Origin: Botryllus schlosseri
Lineage: Eukaryota
Length of the DNA: 64,000 bases
Assembly: GCA_051294905.1 (NCBI GenBank)
Contig: CM119372.1
Location: forward strand, 16,246,001 to 16,310,000
Direction of reading: 5' to 3'
Made by a program: the position numbers and the translations under genes. A model generated the notes under the pieces. That model did not search any database. It was given only the letters and a program-made list of their open reading frames with translations, and was not told the origin of the DNA. Positions 1-13,900 of the stretch are shown in pieces. Position 1 is the stretch's first letter, and each line of letters opens with the position of its first letter.

Positions 1-1759
1 TACATTTCGTCTACAGACCCGCGTACCAGTCAGTCAGAGATTATTATCGACAATGACGCTAATTTACTACTATTACTGCTACTTAAAATTCATGTTGTTG
101 TAAACATCGTAACAATAATTGATTACTAGAAACTATACATAAACTGGATAAGACCCTTCTTGCGGCGCGCGACAAGATTCTGTCAAACTTTCAGAGGTGG
201 TCAGTAACGAAGTACTTCTACTTTTTCGAAGTACTCAAGTAGTTTTCCTCTACTTCTGGTACTTACTCAAGTAGATCTGAATTTCATTACTTCTACTTCT
301 ACTTCATAATTTTTTGTGATCTACTTACTTACTTTTCGCTATTTTCAGTTTGTCAAGTAGAAGTAGTTTAATCCTCCAATCAGGAAGACAGCTTGAGTAA
401 TTTCGGGCTGTTTTCACGGAGTATCGACATTTAATTTTCATAAAAGTTGAGTTAAGCCTAGAATTTTGGTCGCGTTTCGCGCGCAGTGAATGTGGAGTAT
501 CCAGTATGATTTCACGAAAGTATCGTTGAATATAATTTAGGTAGCGGGTGGGCGTGGTTCCGTTCACACCGCATTGTCACCCTTCGCCATATCAAATATT
601 TCATCACAGTATATATGGTTTATCATAATGTTTGAAACTGATGTTTCGCAATCTAGCATTTACTTATCATATCGTAATCTAGCTGTCCATGGCGTGTCCT
701 AATATGGAAAAGTGGACTCTGACTTTTCTTTAGTTTTAGAGCTGTTTCAGCATACCAACCTTCGAAACTTTCTGGACACTTGCAATTCCCAGTACCGTAT
801 ATTTTGATTTCTAATTAATATCAATTCTTTTGTCTGGATAATATACATGTTGAAGTCACTGGCGTAGCCAGAGAGGGGCGAAAGGTGCGATCGCTCCCCC
901 AAAATTTTCGAAACTTTTCGTAAAATCAATAAATATAACAGCATTTTGGAGAAGATAAATGCAACCGAAAACTTTTCTTCGCGCTTCGCGCGATTTAGTG
1001 TCCATACACGTCTTCACTATATTATCGGTGTCCCGAAAAAGAATTCTTCTGCAAATACCCATAATTTAATTTAGCAGCATTCTTAATTATGAGAATACAA
1101 CGGTACCAGTAGATACACGAGAGTACGGTAGCTCGAGATCGTTGGGTTGATTGAGTCTAGGGTTGTCAGTTCAGTATGGGGGTGAGGTACTGATGTTAGT
1201 TCCGGCAATGTTCGTACCGGGACACATGAAGACATCTAAAGTAGGCTACATGCGACTCCGTAAAGTGCGCTCCCAAAATGATTGACGGCCATAAAACCGA
1301 CGCATGTATTCCGAAGCCTACGATATAGGCTGGCGCCTAATGATCATGTCCCTGCAATTAGACACCTCCGACATAAATGCGACTGGCACAGGAAAATATC
1401 GGCACCTCCCGTGAAAAAGCGCTAAATTGAAATCGCGCGAGTCTGATCAAAGGAGTGTTTTAATTTGGTCTGGTGTGTATCATCAATTCCAATCTTTAAA
1501 GTTGCGTCAATCTTTACCAGAGGTTGCTAAATAACTGTGCTTCAACGAAGTAAGACTGGAATCCACTTGCTCATATAGGCTACTCGTACGAATATTAGTC
1601 ATCAAATTCTTTCATTTATTCAAGAATATTTCACGCTCCGCGCAACTAGGTCCGAAATTCACACCGGTTGTTCATCACTCAATGTCAGCGATTTGGGCTC
1701 GTCCGTGAAACGATCACCTAATACAAGCTGTATTTGGAAACTGGAAGCTTCCATAGGGT

Positions 1760-1793
1760 ATGTGTGTGTGTGTGTGTGTGTGCGTGCGTGCGT
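1760..1793. repeat. (GT)n/(GCGT)n microsatellite
   Basis: Direct reading. Confidence 0.9.
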
Positions 1794-2048
1794 CTAAGAA
1801 TCGTATGGATAACGGGTAGTGATGAAACTGCCCATGGCAGGATGTACGGTTCTGCGAGGAGTTCCCACGGGGGAGCTCCCCTAAACTCCTAACTCCCCCC
1901 CCCCCTATAAAAAAAATTGTAATTTAGGCTACGACCTTGAGTGTGGGTAATATCTTGAGTATGGTGACAGCTTTCTCCGCAAGTCATGAAGTAACAGCAA
2001 TAAATGACAACTGTCCCGTCTTGCGCCCACCCTATAGAAACTCTAAAT

Positions 2049-2760
2049 CAGTGGTTCTCAATCCCTTTTTGTTTTAGAGGACCCCCTCTGGACCTTCACG
2101 TACCCCCGCGGACCCTCAATTGTTATTTCAAATTTGAAACTATTGTCATGCAAACTTCATCTGTCCTGTGCAATTATTAACTGTAGGTTAGTGATAAAAA
2201 CAGCCAAATGACCTTTATTGAAAATAACATCATACTATTTATGTAGAAATCGGGAAGACTTTTTATTATTTCAAAGCGAATTCTGTAGCTGCATTTCTTG
2301 AAATACGGGGCCATGTCTTGAAAATCCGCGTCGTCGATTTGATATGAACTAGTGCCCAAAATCCATTTCCACAAAGATAGGTGATGGCGAATGTAATAAT
2401 AACGCGTAACGCTTCCGACGACACCTTTGGCTATGATGGCAACATACATGGACCAATATAACCTCCAGCCGAGTCATTTCTATCTAGCAGCTCTAACATC
2501 CCTAAACATCAATATGTTAGTATGAATATGCTATTGACAATTGGGCAATTAAAATGACTTTGCACAGTGGAATATTTCATCTCAGACGGTCATTCTCTGC
2601 TTATGTGAGTCCTGAAGTTTTAGCAGTTATAAAGCGAAAGTGCTTCGTGATTTCTCTAATTTAAAACAAACTAAAAATTAGCTTATCAACCATTTTGCAA
2701 ATTTGGAGGTCTCGCGAACCCCTTGAAAATGCTTTGCGGACCCCCGGTTGAGAACCACTG
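2049..2760. mobile_element. hAT (Buster/Charlie-type) MITE
   Basis: TIR CAGTGGTTCTCAA; TSD CTCTAAAT. Confidence 0.9.
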
Positions 2761-3398
2761 CTCTAAATAGTCTTGCCGTATGGCATGAACAATGAACATA
2801 GTTCAAGTGTGCCCCCTGAATGTTTGATGACACCATCACTATCTTCCCTACCGGTAAATCTGATAATGAAAACGTATTTGCAATATGCAAGTAGCAATAT
2901 AATGAACCAATTTCATTCATTGACCATGAAAAATTCTCGCGCTTCGCGCGAAAGTGTTGACGTCCGAGGTTGCCACAACCGTTATACTATCACATCACTT
3001 TATGTATGAGTGGAATATATGACCCAGATCTTGTGTTAATCATCCAATAAGGGCCCAATACCATCGTTATTAACCTATTTTTTCCTTATCTTTAAGCGGG
3101 AGGGGCTCATTTACGTCATCGAATTTTTCGCCCCCCCCCCCCAAATATTTTTTCTGTCTATACGCCCTTGGTTGAAGTATAAAAGCAAGTGTAGTAATGC
3201 CTTCAATTTCCAGAAATAAAGCTTGCAGCAAACAATACGTTCATATTGCCAAATTTATTCCACTGGAAGCTTTTCGACTTGCTCTCTTCAGCAGTGAACC
3301 CTAGTAAATGAGGTTAACCAAGTTCGAAATATAGAAAGAATTTTGTCGTTGTGACATAATAATGACAAGTACCCAGAGTCGCGAACGGCAGTAATCAG

Positions 3399-5607
3399 TA
3401 GGGATGGTGTGAACGTGAGGTTCACGTTCGCGTTCTGTGTGTGAACCTCGGAAACTTAGAGGTTCACGTTCACAACAGAACCTTGGTATAGGTACTGCAC
3501 TGTGAACCTTTTTCATATATTACAATTTTCACTTCATTATGACATCTTCCGTTCAAATTTATTGCATTTCAACTGCGGGCTACTCTATTCATGGCGCTGG
3601 CAGTATAAAAATCAACAGTAAACGAGCATGCACCATGACAATCTCAAAAGTTTTACTTGCTTTGTTACAAAAGTTTGCTCGAAATATCCAGCTTAATTAC
3701 CGTTTGTGACTCTCTGCTGTGAGCTTGACCCGCAATCACACAACATCACGAGCGAAACGCGTAGTCAGCAATGATGCTTACTCGAACAATCAATGAGATT
3801 GATATCGTTTTCTGATGTAAAAAATCTAGCAGGTGTTCGGGGTCAATCTTGACTTCATAGTTTCACTGTATCATTAAAACCAAATCCGTACGATTGAGGT
3901 GTTGACTACGGCTGTATAACTTGTTAATGGAGTAAAATCGGTAGCAAGTATAGAAACCCGTTTCACACTCTGCCTAATATCAATGTAGCATAGTGACGTG
4001 CGGTGAGGTTCATGGCTGGTGAGGCACGACCCCCCTCCCCCCAACACACACACACCCACACAAACAAACACGCACGCACGTAAAGTACCTGATAAAGAGA
4101 CCCAAAATGTGAATAACAACAGCAACGGGTATAGAAGAGCATTTTCTTTGCACACTGATAGCCGTTGCAATTCCACATTCTACAATACATGTAGGACTGG
4201 GCGCTAGTGTGCTAATTGGACACCATCTCTTCAAGTACCGGTATAAATTATCCGAAGCACATGAAAATAGCATCCTCATTTACAAATATTTTTCCTGTAA
4301 AAAACGCTAGATTTGCCGAATTTCGAAGGAAAATACACTAGGACACTATAGGTCAAGTCAAAATACACTGGACCTAGTGTAAAAACACTAGGAGTGGCAC
4401 CACTGACCACAAACAATGGCAACACAGGCTATGTAAGAATAGCTATCACATACCACAATTAAGGGTTATAGGTATTGTAGTTGAACACAGCATAAAGACC
4501 ACAAACAACGACAATGCAGCCTATGCAAGTAGCTGTCACATACCACAATATAACGTAGCTATGGATGGAAAATACATAACAGCTACATAAGTAAGGGAAT
4601 GTATTTGCTCCGCATTACGTATTGGCCGTCGCTACTGTATAATTCCTACAAGACTGTTGTATTCCGAAATCGATAGCGCGTTTCACTGTGCGGCGATTGT
4701 CATATTGTTAGCGAATAGTGCAAGAGGCAGATTCGTTTGTGCCTCACCTGACTATTGTTTCTCTGCAATGGCATTGTCTGTAATGAAGCCGAATGTCACC
4801 TTCCTTGTCGATTTTGGAGGGGTTCTGGTGCTCTGATACTGTTAATATTTGAATTTTCGGAATCAGTGTGACGATAGCACTTGATTGATACCAGTTATTA
4901 TGAATTCCGAGCTATTTATGATGAATTGCATTGCCGCATGTGAGGCACGACCCGCCCGTGCCTCACCTGTACCTCACCTCTCCTTATGCACTGTATTTTT
5001 GAATAATAATTATGCAAATTGATGGTGTTGGGTGAAAAAATGTTCAAATTTTGTTATTTATGAGCATCGATATAAAATATCAAAATAATCATCGACTCAT
5101 GTAGTGTTTTCACAATTTTCACTTACTCACCCTGACGACAGGTGAGGCACTGCCTCACCTGCCTCATTGGACCGCACGTCACTGATGTAGCAATACCCAG
5201 ACGCCGAATACATTGTCCGGTCTGGGCTGGACCGTTAAGGCGTAAGGTTTTATTCCCTGGTAAGTCGTCGTCGAAATAGTTGGCTAAGCAACAGAAAATA
5301 TTGATTTTATGGGAATAATATATCTTTTGATTGCCTCAGTTGATACATTTAGCGACGTTTAAAACGCCAATATGTACCTCAGCATTGTGGCATTATGTGG
5401 CCCGAGTCGTCGCTAGGTATCGTGTACAGTGCACACTGTATAAGTGTACATTGATATAGGCTATCACTTCACTGAAAGATAGGATTGGAATTGGCAATAA
5501 GACGTCACGTAACGTCATGAGGTTCACGTTCGCGTTCACACAGAACCTTTAAAAAAAGGTTCGCGTTCACACGAACCTGAACGTTTCTGTGGTTCACACC
5601 ATCCCTA
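3399..5607. mobile_element. Family B MITE (TAGGGATGGTGTGAAC TIR)
   Basis: TSD GTAATCAG; GTGAAC subterminal repeats. Confidence 0.9.
3991..5184. mobile_element. MITE with TGAGGCA/TGCCTCA repeats nested in family B
   Basis: TIR (T/C)AGTGACGTGCGGT; TSD ATGTAGCA. Confidence 0.88.
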
Positions 5608-6734
5608 GTAATCAGCGCACGGTTACGGTACAGCATAACTAACCTACGGAGGTTAGTTATCTCTAGTAAAACAGCCGAATGACAAAACAACACTAATAGA
5701 AGATTCCCAGCGTGTAGAGATGTTCCTTCTGGCGACACAATGTAGCATTTTTACGGTCCACCATATTTTTTATTAACGGTTACTAATCGCACAATGTGTT
5801 TACACCGTATCCAACACACCATCTCCGTATTGCTCTTCGACTAAACTACAGGCCTTATAGTATGGGGGAGTACGCAATACCATGATATTTTCTAAAACGT
5901 GCTGTTTGAGTAAACAGAGGATTAGTATCGCATTTCCATATCAATACTATCATTTTCATCCCATGATGTGGACGAATGCTTATCCCTATGATATCGAAAA
6001 TTGGATACCTGCTGGTATGCATCAATATGAATCAAGCTCGTCACCTTTCGCATAGCTCAATTTGCACCTTTTTACAATCCATGTGAACGAATTAGGATCG
6101 TTTTCACAACTACTTACTTACTTGAGTACTTTTAAAGTCAGTCAATTCTACTTCTACTTCAAGTAGTTCTAGGTTGCTCATGGAAGAAGTAATTCTACTT
6201 GTACTTGAGTAGATTTTTCGTTGCTACCTCTACTTCTACTTGAGTAGCTTTCTTGACTACTTTGACCACCTCTGCAAACTTTATATGCTAATTTCTTCCC
6301 AGCTGAAACGATTCTTTATCAAATCTTCAGCTTGACATCAATATTGAATATTTCGTATGTGCACCCTATACGCACCGTACTTGCTGTATTTACTAGAGCT
6401 GTTTTCCTTGGTTTGATAACTTTATCTTTCCATTGACCTCTTAGTCCAGCCTGAGCTATTAACCCCAGTGGCCGAGTTTGTGATATCGTGTGATAGATTC
6501 CTTTAATTTTGAGCCGTATAGTGAAAGCTAAATGATGTTCCAAAATAACGTATACCATAAGGTGATAACGGACTATGCTGCACCAGTCCTTCATGGGATA
6601 TAAGCGACACTATCACATTTTACAGTACTACTACTAACAATAATATAATGGTTATATGATAGTCATATAGTAATAACAGTTTTACAGTGAAGAAAGAATA
6701 TAATATAATATTAATATTATAATAGGAAGAATAA

Positions 6735-7275
6735 GAACTGGCCATTCCAGCTGATCAAAACATGCTACAAAAGGAATCAGAAAAACAATCGAAATACGCA
6801 CAGCTCAAAATGGAATGTGAGAAGATGTGGCGATGCAAATGAACGTAGTATCGATAGTCATTGACGCTATAGGCGTGGTAGGCAACTAGCCCATGAGACA
6901 TATCCTACAGATTCCGGGTAAAGTTCGATTCGACATGATCCAAAAGATCACGATATTGGGTACTGTGAATATTCTTCGGAAGGCCGTGAATGCGCCACTG
7001 GACTAAATGAAGGAATCGCAGCATAATTTCCGCAATTTTGATTCTTCATCTTCCATCATCTCTACCTCTGCTCTGCAACTCTGACCAATTCTTCATCAAC
7101 CGCAATTCTGTAATCTGATCTCTTCGTGTATTGCATGAATAACAATTTGGCTGTATTACAGAAATTTTAAAAATTTACTTCAATCTCGCCATTTTTCTTT
7201 GGGGGCAGGTTGCTCCCCGGATTATGTGTGTATTTACCAGTTTCATTGTGAATAAAGAATATAATAATAATAATA
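6735..7275 (+). mobile_element. 5'-truncated RLE-type non-LTR retrotransposon (R4-like): endonuclease C-terminus, 3' UTR and (TAA)n tail
   Basis: Degenerate translation of 6735-7006: ELAIPADQNMLQKESEKQSKYAQLKMECEKMW.../VVSIVIDAIGVV...MIQKITILGTVNILRKAV, with a frameshift and a stop. Fits the RLE C-terminal pattern KExEKxxKYxxL...W...IQK..LGT..ILRK. Confidence 0.8.
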
Positions 7276-7700
7276 CCACTTGAAATAGCACTTTAATCTG
7301 GCCCGTACGATTTTTTTTGCGATTTTAGTTATTTGTAGTGTCACTATTCGCGAAGATACGTCTCGCAATTCCAAACGTGACCGTTTCCGATGAACTGCTG
7401 AAGTTACGCGATCACTCGAACGAATCTACTTTTCGACGCCAACTTAAGTTATCTTCAGACCCTTCATTTTCTACTTCAGCTTCAAGTAGTTTTGACATAT
7501 CTTGGTAGTTCCTACTTCTATAGTTATAATTAGGTGGATATTCACGTCGTCACGCTCTTGGAGAAAAGACTGGGTATTCACAATTAAAGGGCCGAAAAGG
7601 GTGGTAAGCCCTACACTACTACATAAGAGAATTAAATCACGAGTTATTTTGATATTACTCGACTCGAGTCACTTTGTAATTTTGTGTGACTTGACCCTAG

Positions 7701-9087
7701 TGGCGAGATAGCGTAGTGGTATAATCCACAGCTGCAACACCAATGGGTTGCGGGTTCGAGTCCGACCGAGGTCGACAACAGAATTCCTACTTAAGTGCTG
7801 GAGGTCTATCCAAGCTAGGGTTACCATATTTCTGTGACCAAAATTCCGGACACTCTTTAGCTCCCACTAGTGGATTTCAAAATGAGTTATGAGCACATTG
7901 TCTGTCAATATGACGTCTCACTACCAAAGCTTTGCTTATAGACCAGAGGTGGTCACGATCCGGTTCAGGAGTATGTGACTGTGTATTGTGTAACCAGGAC
8001 CAAAACCACATTTCCAGCCCCTTCCCGCCCAAATAGACAATGATTTTGGGCCCACCATACGGTAATCGATGCAACGTCTGGGGGGCTTGCTATATGCATC
8101 TGGTTTCTATATGCATCTATTCGTTACGTTGTCTGGATGAATTCTTTCAATAATATTGGTTCTTCCATATTTCTATATAGTTTAATCCTCTCTCCGGGCC
8201 TACATGATCAGAGTTAGCGGTAGAGCTGGTGGAGGATGATGACTTCGAAAATGCAAAGAGCGTAATTGTAGATCGTTAAGCTATGTTCATGACACACCGA
8301 TAAGATTATTTCTCAGCCTTATGCCGGTGCGCAGCACAGATCTTTACAAACACCCCACATCCAGTGGTTTCCAACCTTTTATGATCGCGACTCCATCTCG
8401 AATTTTAAAATGCTCCATGGCCCAGATCAAAATTTGACGAGCTGATTACTAAAAGAAGTCAGCACCTTTGCCCAGACTTACTCAGAGGCTATTTTGGTCG
8501 CGAACCTCAGAATGAAGGCAAAGGAACCCCACGTTTGGAACCACAATCTTTGAATAAAGCATTTCAACAGCCGTAGTCATCTCTAGGATTATACTGTTCT
8601 CCTATAATTGCGATAACAATTAGGCTTATTTCAGTAAATCAAGGATATTTTTATTTATATTTATTGCAATTTTTGCGAGGGTGGTAGTTCCAATATTAAA
8701 ATCAATAAATGCGATAGTAAATCGCGCGCAGCGCGAAGAAAAATATCATGTAGCTTAAATATTCCCAAGCATAATGTTATTATGTTGATTTACGAAAAAA
8801 GATATGAGCCTACGTCAAGCCTTCAAAATTCCGGACATTCAGGCATATTTTAGAAATTCCCTGACGCAAGTTTGAACAATGAAATTCCGGACATGTCCGG
8901 GAAATTCCGGACGTATGGCAACCCTAATCTAAGCTCCCCCTCGCCATCTCGTCCGTGTAAGCGGTGTCTATTAACAGCCTAGAATTGGGCCGTGCTACAA
9001 GTCGGCAGCCACGGAATAAGGAAATTGGCTTGGTGTAAATGACCAATGACCATAGTAGTCGACAAACACCATGAATGCACCTCCAAA
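7701..9087 (+). mobile_element. S1 SINE split by a MITE inserted at 7816-8926
   Basis: Head 7701-7815 (B-box 7753-7763) and body 8927-9087 both align to the 58472 copy. Confidence 0.85.
7816..8926. mobile_element. TAGGGTTACCATA-TIR hAT-type MITE
   Basis: TSD ATCCAAGC / ATCTAAGC; TCCGGA subterminal repeats. Confidence 0.85.
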
Positions 9088-10930
9088 GAAATCCTAAAAT
9101 ATTGTACTCGATTTATACAGCAGTATAAGTCTGAGGTAGGTTCTGGTTCCGTGTACCATGGGTGTATACTCACACCCGTGTATCAGGGGTGGTACAAGGG
9201 TGGTAATACATAATCTGTTCGCTAAGAGTGCACTTCTACTCCTAATTGAGTGGGAATGCTGATTAATTTGCCATCTCCGCCAGCAACCGTCCAAGAGACC
9301 GTAACGAGCTTAGAACACGCATTGCACGAGGAAGCAACACATCACCATAGTTACATGTATGTTGTATATACATAAGTTACACAGGATGGTGACGAAAGTA
9401 CTCTTGCCTTCAATTTTAGGTTTGGACATTTGGTTGTCCTCAATTTTGAATACAAAAGCAACGCGTGACTTCTTCATAGGTTTTACGTGAAACTGTCCGT
9501 ATAAATTTTTAGGACGGAACATGGACGGGAACCGGATTGGATATCCGTCCAGATTTTATAATTATCGGCCGGAGCTGGTTTGGAGCCTGATCAGTACTTT
9601 TTCTGATGCGGACGTAGTCGGGTCGGAGCCGGATCAGTACTTGAATATGACAGCCTTACCATTTTCCACCCTCAAATCGATAGTTAAAGTGAAACGTTCA
9701 TGGAAATAAACCACAAGCCAAGTCCAAATTGGCATAATCACTTCAGAGAAGAGTTGGGTTTGATATTTGAGTTTTTAGTTTCCTGTTTGCATTGTTCCAA
9801 TCAATATCCGATACCATCTTGCGAGTGTATAATTGTAATCGGAGTTTTTCGGACCGGATCAAGGTCATTTCCAAAATACGGCCTTGGCGTCGCGCCGGAG
9901 TCGGACCAGAGCTTTAAAAACAGGATTGGAGTAGGACCAGAGAATTTATCGATCCGCTCCGCACTATTACATTTACTACATATCACATATTGAATAAGCA
10001 ACATGACGTCTTAGAATCGCTTTCGCATTCACAATGTAAATTGTTCCTATGCCATGGCAACATTTTCATGACGCATTTCTACGACTGAATAACTTGGATT
10101 TGCAGCACTCCGGAAAAAAGGTCATATTACAGACACCACCGGTAGCACGGTCCACTGGCAAATATTGCGTCGTCAAACTGAAATCCATAGTAATTGAGAT
10201 AACGCATGCAAATGGTTTCCTGAACAAGTTAATGTGGAAGCCGGTATACAGTATAAATTCCTCAGTCCGACTAAACGTAAACTTTGGCTAGTGACAACTC
10301 TGTCGCAAGCATATAGACGCTGATCATGACAGTTGTCGGGTCATATACGGGCAATACCGCGTAATACCCAAGTATACATTTGCGGCAGCAAATGCAGAAA
10401 CATATATAGTTCTCTACTTAAACGATTAAAAAATTATGGAACTTTGTTTACGATGATGTCAACAGTATTGAAGCTAGTGCAATTTTGCACGACTGAATAG
10501 CAAGGTTTTTCTCATTTTGGAAACGTATAACGTCTATACGTATTTGCAATATTGATTCGACGATGGTGACGCAGTACGTCCTTACGAGAACGCCCATGTA
10601 GTCTGCGGCTTGCAGCTGAGCATAACTGCACATAGATCTCCTAACAATGTTATAGTTGACGTTTGTAACTGCAATGCGATTTGGTATTACATGACGTCCT
10701 CTCGCCATCTTCTACCTACGTCTTAAAATGCTAAAAAGGCAAGGAAATAGGTTAATCGTTGGATCACCAAGTATACTCATCTTGGTGCTCGCATTGCGGT
10801 TGGAAAAACTCTTTCTATCAATATTGATTTTATACAGCATTTTGTCATTCACTAATACTTCGATCGCCATCAGTGTGTTGCGGTGCGCGTCCTTTTTCAG
10901 AGTACAAGACTAAAAGCTTGACGACACAGC

Positions 10931-10952
10931 ATGAACGGAGATTACGATACAG
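10931..10952 (+). CDS. GCH1: GCH1 putative coding exon 1 (MNGDYDT)
   Basis: ATG 30 nt after an acceptor-like TTTTTCAG (ends 10900), then donor G|GTACGT. Phase 1 matches exon 2. No homology support for this short exon. Confidence 0.6.
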
Positions 10953-13900
10953 GTACGTTTCACCACGTCTGATTGTCGTCGGGCCATCGAATGCATACTT
11001 TGGAGTGGTGTTTAGGAATTATATAGCGGGGTAGCGAGGGGACATCATTCATTATCACACAAACAATCTGGCCATATATGGTACGACCTATAGGTAGGGA
11101 TGCATTTAAAACAAGCGGGGGTTTGAAACACTTTGAAATAAAATCAATGTTTAAACCAATTCCATTTCGAAAACATAAATTATTTTCAAAAGTGGTACTA
11201 TTCTGTCATAATTGTTTAAATCAGTGATTCCCATCCGCGGCCCCGAGGGCCGCATGCGGCTCCCAGCTAGCCTTCTTGCGGCCCGCACAAAAATAATCGA
11301 TTTGTGAAAAAAAAATTATATTTATAAAAAACTCTTGCTTGGCTTGGAGTCTGGAGTTTTCAATTAGGATTGCAGGAAGGTTGTGAGTAGACTGCTAAGA
11401 TTACGTCACTGTTGTTTCAATGCAATGTGCCCAACTTTCCAGTTGAACGAGCAGTAGCCTACCTATAGATACAGGTATAGAAAAGTGGTCGGGAACCTTT
11501 TTTGTCCGAAGAGTCATATTGCCTCTATTTTTTCATCTCAACTCCCAAAGAGTCATACATGCCACTCAGCTGTTACGTCACAATTGAAAATTCGTGACGT
11601 CATGGTAGCACTAATTCGAGCTCACTACATAGGATTTCTCGTGTGCGCTATATTTTCTCTGTAAAAACTGGTATTTATTGTGCGAAAATAACATGACACC
11701 TTCCTATCTTTTCATTGTATCGCAGTCTTATAATGTTTTGAACGATGAAAATATTTATAAACCTGATTGATTGAAATAAAGCTCGAAGCGGGAGGTAAGG
11801 CACAGACGGGTCAAGCCTCACCATGGATAACGCAATTTATCGTAAATAGCTTAGAATTGATTATAACTGATAATAATCGAATGTGACTGCCACACTGATT
11901 CCGAAAATCTAAAGACTTATCGACTTTTCAATTATCGAAGCATTCGGCTGCAACATAACGTTGCGCTACACGCCTACATATTATCGTCGGAATTACACAG
12001 ATCTATACTTACCAATCAAGAACGTGGATAGCTATAACGTTGTTTGTAATTCGAGTTAGTAATTGTCACATCAACAACAGTTCATTCACTTCGTCCTTAG
12101 ATCAGGAAGACAATGCGTATTTGAAAACTGCGTTTTGAAATTGTCGTCGCTATGTCTGCTATGCTCTTTGATTAATCAACATATCGCACAATTCAAGATC
12201 AGGGATATCTAGAAGTTCTAGAAATCCCTGTCCAAGATTTCGAGTCGAGTACATAGAATTCGCGAGTGATATTGGCCACCGGCGTGACAGTAACCTAAAT
12301 ATGATGATTTTATATAGAGGGGGTCTGAACTCCCAAATCTGAAGACGACATTGTCTTTACCGCTCAAAGACATGTTTATACTGTCACGAGAATAATTATT
12401 CTAGCCGTGATGAAAATTTACCAACAATTCGCTTCAATATTGATCAATTCAGTAAAAAAATATGTATTTGGCAAAGAGCCATATCTCATTTCAAGTTTCC
12501 AAGCACCGTAATTATAGGGTATACCATTCCACCAAGATAAAATACGCTTGGTTTATAGAAGTGGTCATATCGGCGTTGGCCATTACCGCGCCACGACGCA
12601 CGAAGGCACATAAAGTTTTAGGCCATGTAACATATGCGACTCCAAGAAGTGTGCCAGAACGATTGGCAGCGAGAAAACCTTGGCCGAAAAGGACTGCCCT
12701 TACGCTGACCGAAAACTTCGTTATGTATATACATTTATACAAAATACATATAGGTATAATTGACCATAGGCGCCTAAATGACTGGGGCCGAATGTTCCTG
12801 TATTGGCAATCTGAACCTCACGAGACATATAGGCTACCATCCCGCAGGGAAGAATTATATGCCAGTGAAGAACTACCAATTTGAAATTGTGTGCATCTTT
12901 TAGTTCAATACGTTTGGGCGATTCTATATTTTTTGATATAGCAGATTGGAGGTCACGAAATAAAATACCATCATGTAACGTAAGTCGTACCAACGGGTTT
13001 GTTTGTTTTGGGGTATTCATGGTGTTTGTCGACTACTATGGTCATTTACACCAGGCCGATATTCTTCTTATTTTCCGTAACTGCCGACTTATAGCACGGC
13101 CCACCTCTAGGCCAACCAACCAACCAACCAACCAACCAACCAACGGGTATATGTTTAATTATTATTTACGGGCCCTACAGTTCCCAAGACATCTCACTCG
13201 GCTCTACCGGTAAATCTGATTACGTGATCAGAGAGGACAAGTAATTGATAGCAATATATATGCAATTCCCGATCTTATTGACCTATTTTATTTTAAATTA
13301 TCGAAAATTTTTGCGCTCCATGATGGCTCACTAAACGGGTATCCTGATTTCGTGGCAGAAGCGAACAACGGGACGGAGGGGGGGTCGGTTTATCACCATA
13401 TGGGAGCTCAAGACCTAAGTGTTTTGGGGGGCCAGACGAAGCGCTGTTTCGGTCCTGCCAACGGGTAAACGGCCAAAGATGTTCAATTAATATTGAGAGT
13501 TCCTACCTTTTCAAACATACCTCACTCGGCTCAACCGGTCAATCTGATTACGTGAGCAGAGAGAGGATAAAAATTGATACCAATATATATGCAATTCCCG
13601 ATTATATTGACCAATTCAATCGTGAATTATATAAATTTTTCGCGCTTCGCGCGATTAGTCGAGAGAAGCTGCCTAAAACGGACACCCGATTTAGATGATA
13701 AATAGCGGTAAACAGCCATCTAGCCTGAGGGACTTCGAACTTCGGTTTATCACACTATATGTGGGGCCCAAGAGCAACGTTTTATGCGCCTGACGAAGTG
13801 CTGTTACGGCCCTAGGTATTGATAACTAATTTACGGATCGATGTGCAACAAGTGACTCAAGATTGAATACGCTGAGATGCGTACTGCTTAGCCGGCAAAA

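Larger units (their letters stand above)
857..3170. mobile_element. MITE-like element nested in family A
   Basis: Ends CACTGGCGTA / TACGCCCTTG; TSD GTTGAAGT. Confidence 0.8.
192..6274. mobile_element. Non-autonomous hAT-type element (family A, CAGAGGTGGTC TIR) expanded by nested insertions
   Basis: TIRs, TACTCAAGTA/AGTAGA subterminal repeats, TSD CAAACTTT (184-191 / 6275-6282). Confidence 0.9.

Noticed and set aside
10004..10700. CRE-like TGACGTC sites upstream of GCH1
   Set aside because: Imperfect, and the motif is common in repeats across the window, so there is no specific support.
13789..13830. CTGACGA hammerhead-like heptamers (also 5133, 29689, 63239)
   Set aside because: No correctly placed GAAA...UH or stem I complementarity.
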